Origin: an uncultured Verrucomicrobiota bacterium
GTDB lineage: Bacteria > Verrucomicrobiota > Kiritimatiellia > RZYC01
DNA: 60,452 nucleotides
Assembly (NCBI GenBank): GCA_964542025.1
Contig: CAZISY010000004.1
Coordinates: 13,933-74,384, forward strand
Direction: 5' to 3'
The position numbers were made by a program, and so were the translations under genes. The stretch's first letter is position 1; the number at the start of each line of letters is the position of its first letter. Below, piece after piece: positions 58,243 to 60,452 of this stretch. The notes under the pieces were generated by a model. The model saw only the letters and a program-made list of their open reading frames with translations, ran no database searches and was not told where the DNA came from.

Positions 58243-59088
58243 ATGGCGGAAATCAATGCAAAACAGGTGAAGGAACTGCGCGAAGCCACGAATGTGGGCA
58301 TGATGGAATGCAAGCGCGCCCTTCAGGAAGCCAACGGCGACATGCAGCAGGCCATCAAGCTGCTTCGTGAACGCGGAATAGCCATTGCCGGCAAAAAAGC
58401 CTCCCGGGCAACGAATGATGGACTCATCTCGGCATGCGTCTACGAAAACGGGAAAAAAGCGGCAATGATTGAAGTGAATTGCGAAACGGACTTCGTCGCA
58501 CGCAATGAAAACTTCCAGGCGTTTGTCAAAGCACTGCTCGAAAAGGCCAAAGGTCTTGCCGATGGCGCTCTGGCAGCGGCTGCCAAGGATGAAATGACGG
58601 CCAAAATCACGGAAATTGGGGAAAACCTGGTGATCAATCGGAATGTGGGCTACTCCCTGCAGGGAACCGGCCGTCTGGCCTCCTATGTACATCTGGGGGG
58701 CAAGGTTGGCGTACTGATTGAAGTGGCCTGCGAAAAGAATGAGACCGTCGGAAGCAATGCGTTTTCCGAACTGGTGAAGGATCTGACGCTCCAGATTGCG
58801 GCGGCGAATCCCCGGTATCTGTGCGAAAAAGATGTTCCGGCCGAGGTGATCGCCTCGGAGAAGGAAATCTATTGCAAGCAGATGGAGCAGGAAGGCAAAC
58901 CGGCCAACATCATCGAAAAAATCGTGGGCGGGAAGATCAGGAAGTTCTTCAGCCTGATTTGCCTGCTGGACCAGGAGTTTGTGAAGGATTCCGAACTGAC
59001 CATCACAAAACTGCTGGCCGCCAAGAGCAAGGAGCTGGGCGATACCATTTCCATTCGCCGCTTTGTTCGCTATCAATTGGGCGAATAA
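58243..59088 (+). CDS. tsf: Elongation factor Ts
   Basis: VKELREATNVGMMECKRALQEANGDMQQAIKLLRERG (UBA-like N-terminus) and CETDFVARNE. Confidence 0.92.
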   Translation: MAEINAKQVKELREATNVGMMECKRALQEANGDMQQAIKLLRERGIAIAGKKASRATNDGLISACVYENGKKAAMIEVNCETDFVARNENFQAFVKALLEKAKGLADGALAAAAKDEMTAKITEIGENLVINRNVGYSLQGTGRLASYVHLGGKVGVLIEVACEKNETVGSNAFSELVKDLTLQIAAANPRYLCEKDVPAEVIASEKEIYCKQMEQEGKPANIIEKIVGGKIRKFFSLICLLDQEFVKDSELTITKLLAAKSKELGDTISIRRFVRYQLGE

Positions 59089-59113
59089 ACAGTCAGCAGC
59101 AATTCCATTCAGG

Positions 59114-59151
59114 CAGGCGGTGCCCCGCAGGGGTACCGCCTGTTTTTTTTT
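59114..59151 (+). terminator. Rho-independent terminator after tsf
   Basis: CAGGCGGTGCCCC-GCA-GGGGTACCGCCTG followed by T9. Confidence 0.85.
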
Positions 59152-59359
59152 CGGCTAAACGGCCGCCTGCGAGTGGAATTTCAGTGCGCGACGCGTTTTA
59201 TCCTTAAGAAAGCCGGCGTGACAGCCGATGGGGTATACGCGGTGAAAAAGAGTGTTAAAATGAACGCAAAAGCAGATTGGAATCAGGCGGTACTCGGGAT
59301 GTTCTGTGGTTGATGCTCCTGAGGAGCAGCGGAACCATACGCAGGGGAATAGAGAAACC

Positions 59360-60058
59360 ATGAAAATGGCATATGCACAATTGGCCGGGACGACCCTGGC
59401 AGGCGTGGACCTGTCGGGGATTGACCTGTTCATGGCCGATTTGTCGAAAGCCAATCTGCGGGGGATCATGCTGATTCAGGCCGATGTTTCCGAAGCCAAC
59501 TTCTCCTGGGCGGATATGTCGGACGCCAAATTGACCAAAGCCACCTGCCTGCATGCCAATTTTTGCGGGACCGACCTGACACGCGCTTCCCTGGTTGAAG
59601 CGCATGCCTCGCTGGCTCATCTGGCCTGGGCGAGCCTGGTGGACGCCGATATGAGGGGCGTGTGCCTGAGTCGAGGCCTGCTCCAACGGGCCAATCTTTC
59701 GGGGGCAAAGCTTCATGCCGCAAATTTGCGCGAAGCAAATCTTTCGCAATGTGTTCTTTGTCATGCGGATATACAGGAAGTAAACGGATTTAGGGCCGTC
59801 TTTGAGGGGGCCAATTTGACCGGGGCGGATTTGAGGCAGGCCAATCTGATCAACGCCAGCTTTCGCTCGGCCGATTTGACGGAAGCCGATTTAAGCTATG
59901 CGATCTTGAAAGGGTGTAATTTGGAAGGGGCCAAATTGGTGCATGCCAACCTTCAGGGTGCCATATTAACGGGGGCCAACATCCACGAAGCTGATTTATC
60001 CAGTGCCAACCTGTCTGGCGTGTTTATGCCGGGGGAAAAGCCGGGGGTCACGCGTTGA
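59360..60058 (+). CDS. Pentapeptide-repeat protein
   Basis: Continuous A(D/N)LxX repeats across about 230 aa (ANLRGIMLIQADVSEANFSWADMSDAKL...). Confidence 0.8.
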   Translation: MKMAYAQLAGTTLAGVDLSGIDLFMADLSKANLRGIMLIQADVSEANFSWADMSDAKLTKATCLHANFCGTDLTRASLVEAHASLAHLAWASLVDADMRGVCLSRGLLQRANLSGAKLHAANLREANLSQCVLCHADIQEVNGFRAVFEGANLTGADLRQANLINASFRSADLTEADLSYAILKGCNLEGAKLVHANLQGAILTGANIHEADLSSANLSGVFMPGEKPGVTR

Positions 60059-60268
60059 GCGGGAAAACATCGCGATGTCCTGGTGAATTGTTGCAAAACA
60101 GAACACCCTGTCGTGTTATCAAACAAGGGTTCGCTGCCGAGAACGCCGGAAGCTTTCGCGCCGGATTTTTATTTTGGCATGGCGCTTGCTAAAAAACTTC
60201 ATCTTTCCCGCCCTTTTTCCCCTCCCTCGTGTATTTTATCAGCCGTGAAGCCACGCTCAAAATTAAGT

Positions 60269-60283
60269 TGGCACACTTTTGGC
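60269..60283 (+). promoter_or_regulatory. -24/-12 (sigma-54-type) promoter-like element upstream of rpoN
   Basis: TGGCAC-ACTTT-TGGC matches the TGGCAC-N5-TTGC consensus at 9 of 10 positions with correct GG/GC spacing. It lies 48 nt upstream of the rpoN ATG. Confidence 0.35.
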
Positions 60284-60330
60284 TTTCTATATCCGCATCC
60301 AGCGAAAACCGCTGAAGAAGGAGCAGGATT

Positions 60331-60452
60331 ATGAACATAGGCCAGACGATGTATCAGGGACAGAGACTCAATCAGCAGCTCAACCTGGCGCCTCAGCTGC
60401 TTAACTGGCTTCAACTCCTTCAGGCGCCGACCATGGAACTTTCTTCGATGGT
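60331..60452 (+). CDS. rpoN: RNA polymerase sigma-54 factor, 5' fragment (continues beyond window)
   Basis: The manual translation MNIGQTMYQGQRLNQQLNLAPQLLNWLQLLQAPTMELSSM matches the Gln/Leu-rich region I of RpoN (..L.L.PQL.Q.L.LLQ....EL). GAAGGAG lies 7 nt upstream. Not in the ORF track because no stop falls in the window. Confidence 0.75.
   Translation, partial: MNIGQTMYQGQRLNQQLNLAPQLLNWLQLLQAPTMELSSM

Overview
This is a 60.5-kb chromosomal window from a high-GC, Gram-negative-type bacterium. Secreted proteins carrying 'IPDWWE'/thrombospondin-like motifs hint at the PVC superphylum, with low confidence. I call about 53 protein genes and no rRNA, tRNA or CRISPR array. Most of the window is core or housekeeping: trmJ-like, mevalonate kinase and diphosphomevalonate decarboxylase; a beta-CASP RNase, era and a clpX-like gene; mtaB, fba, tatA, rpsA, xthA, hppA, rpsB-tsf and the 5' end of rpoN. 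Interspersed are five more interesting blocks. (1) At 7.2-11.6 kb, a tightly coupled four-gene membrane operon of unknown function: two paralogous Zn-ribbon/TM/tandem-OB-fold proteins, a TctA/DUF112-like permease and a DUF457 hydrolase split by a large insert. This is my best candidate for an undescribed system. (2) At 23.7-31.1 kb, a signalling cluster: a periplasmic binding-protein-like lipoprotein, a multi-PAS histidine kinase and three response regulators (HDOD, degenerate HD-GYP-like, REC-DHp). (3) At 33.2-42.1 kb, a glycan locus: rmlA/rmlD/rmlB without rmlC, a eukaryote-type UDP-galactopyranose mutase and a 907-aa multi-GT2 enzyme. (4) At about 46.1-48.45 kb, a visibly AT-richer island with an Mrr type IV restriction enzyme and a zeta-toxin-like ATPase overlapping a small ORF. 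(5) A two-copy, roughly 80-nt palindromic repeat sitting in the two longest non-coding gaps. Long antisense 'shadow' ORFs typical of high-GC DNA are pervasive and were rejected. All family assignments come from motif recognition by eye, with no database search.
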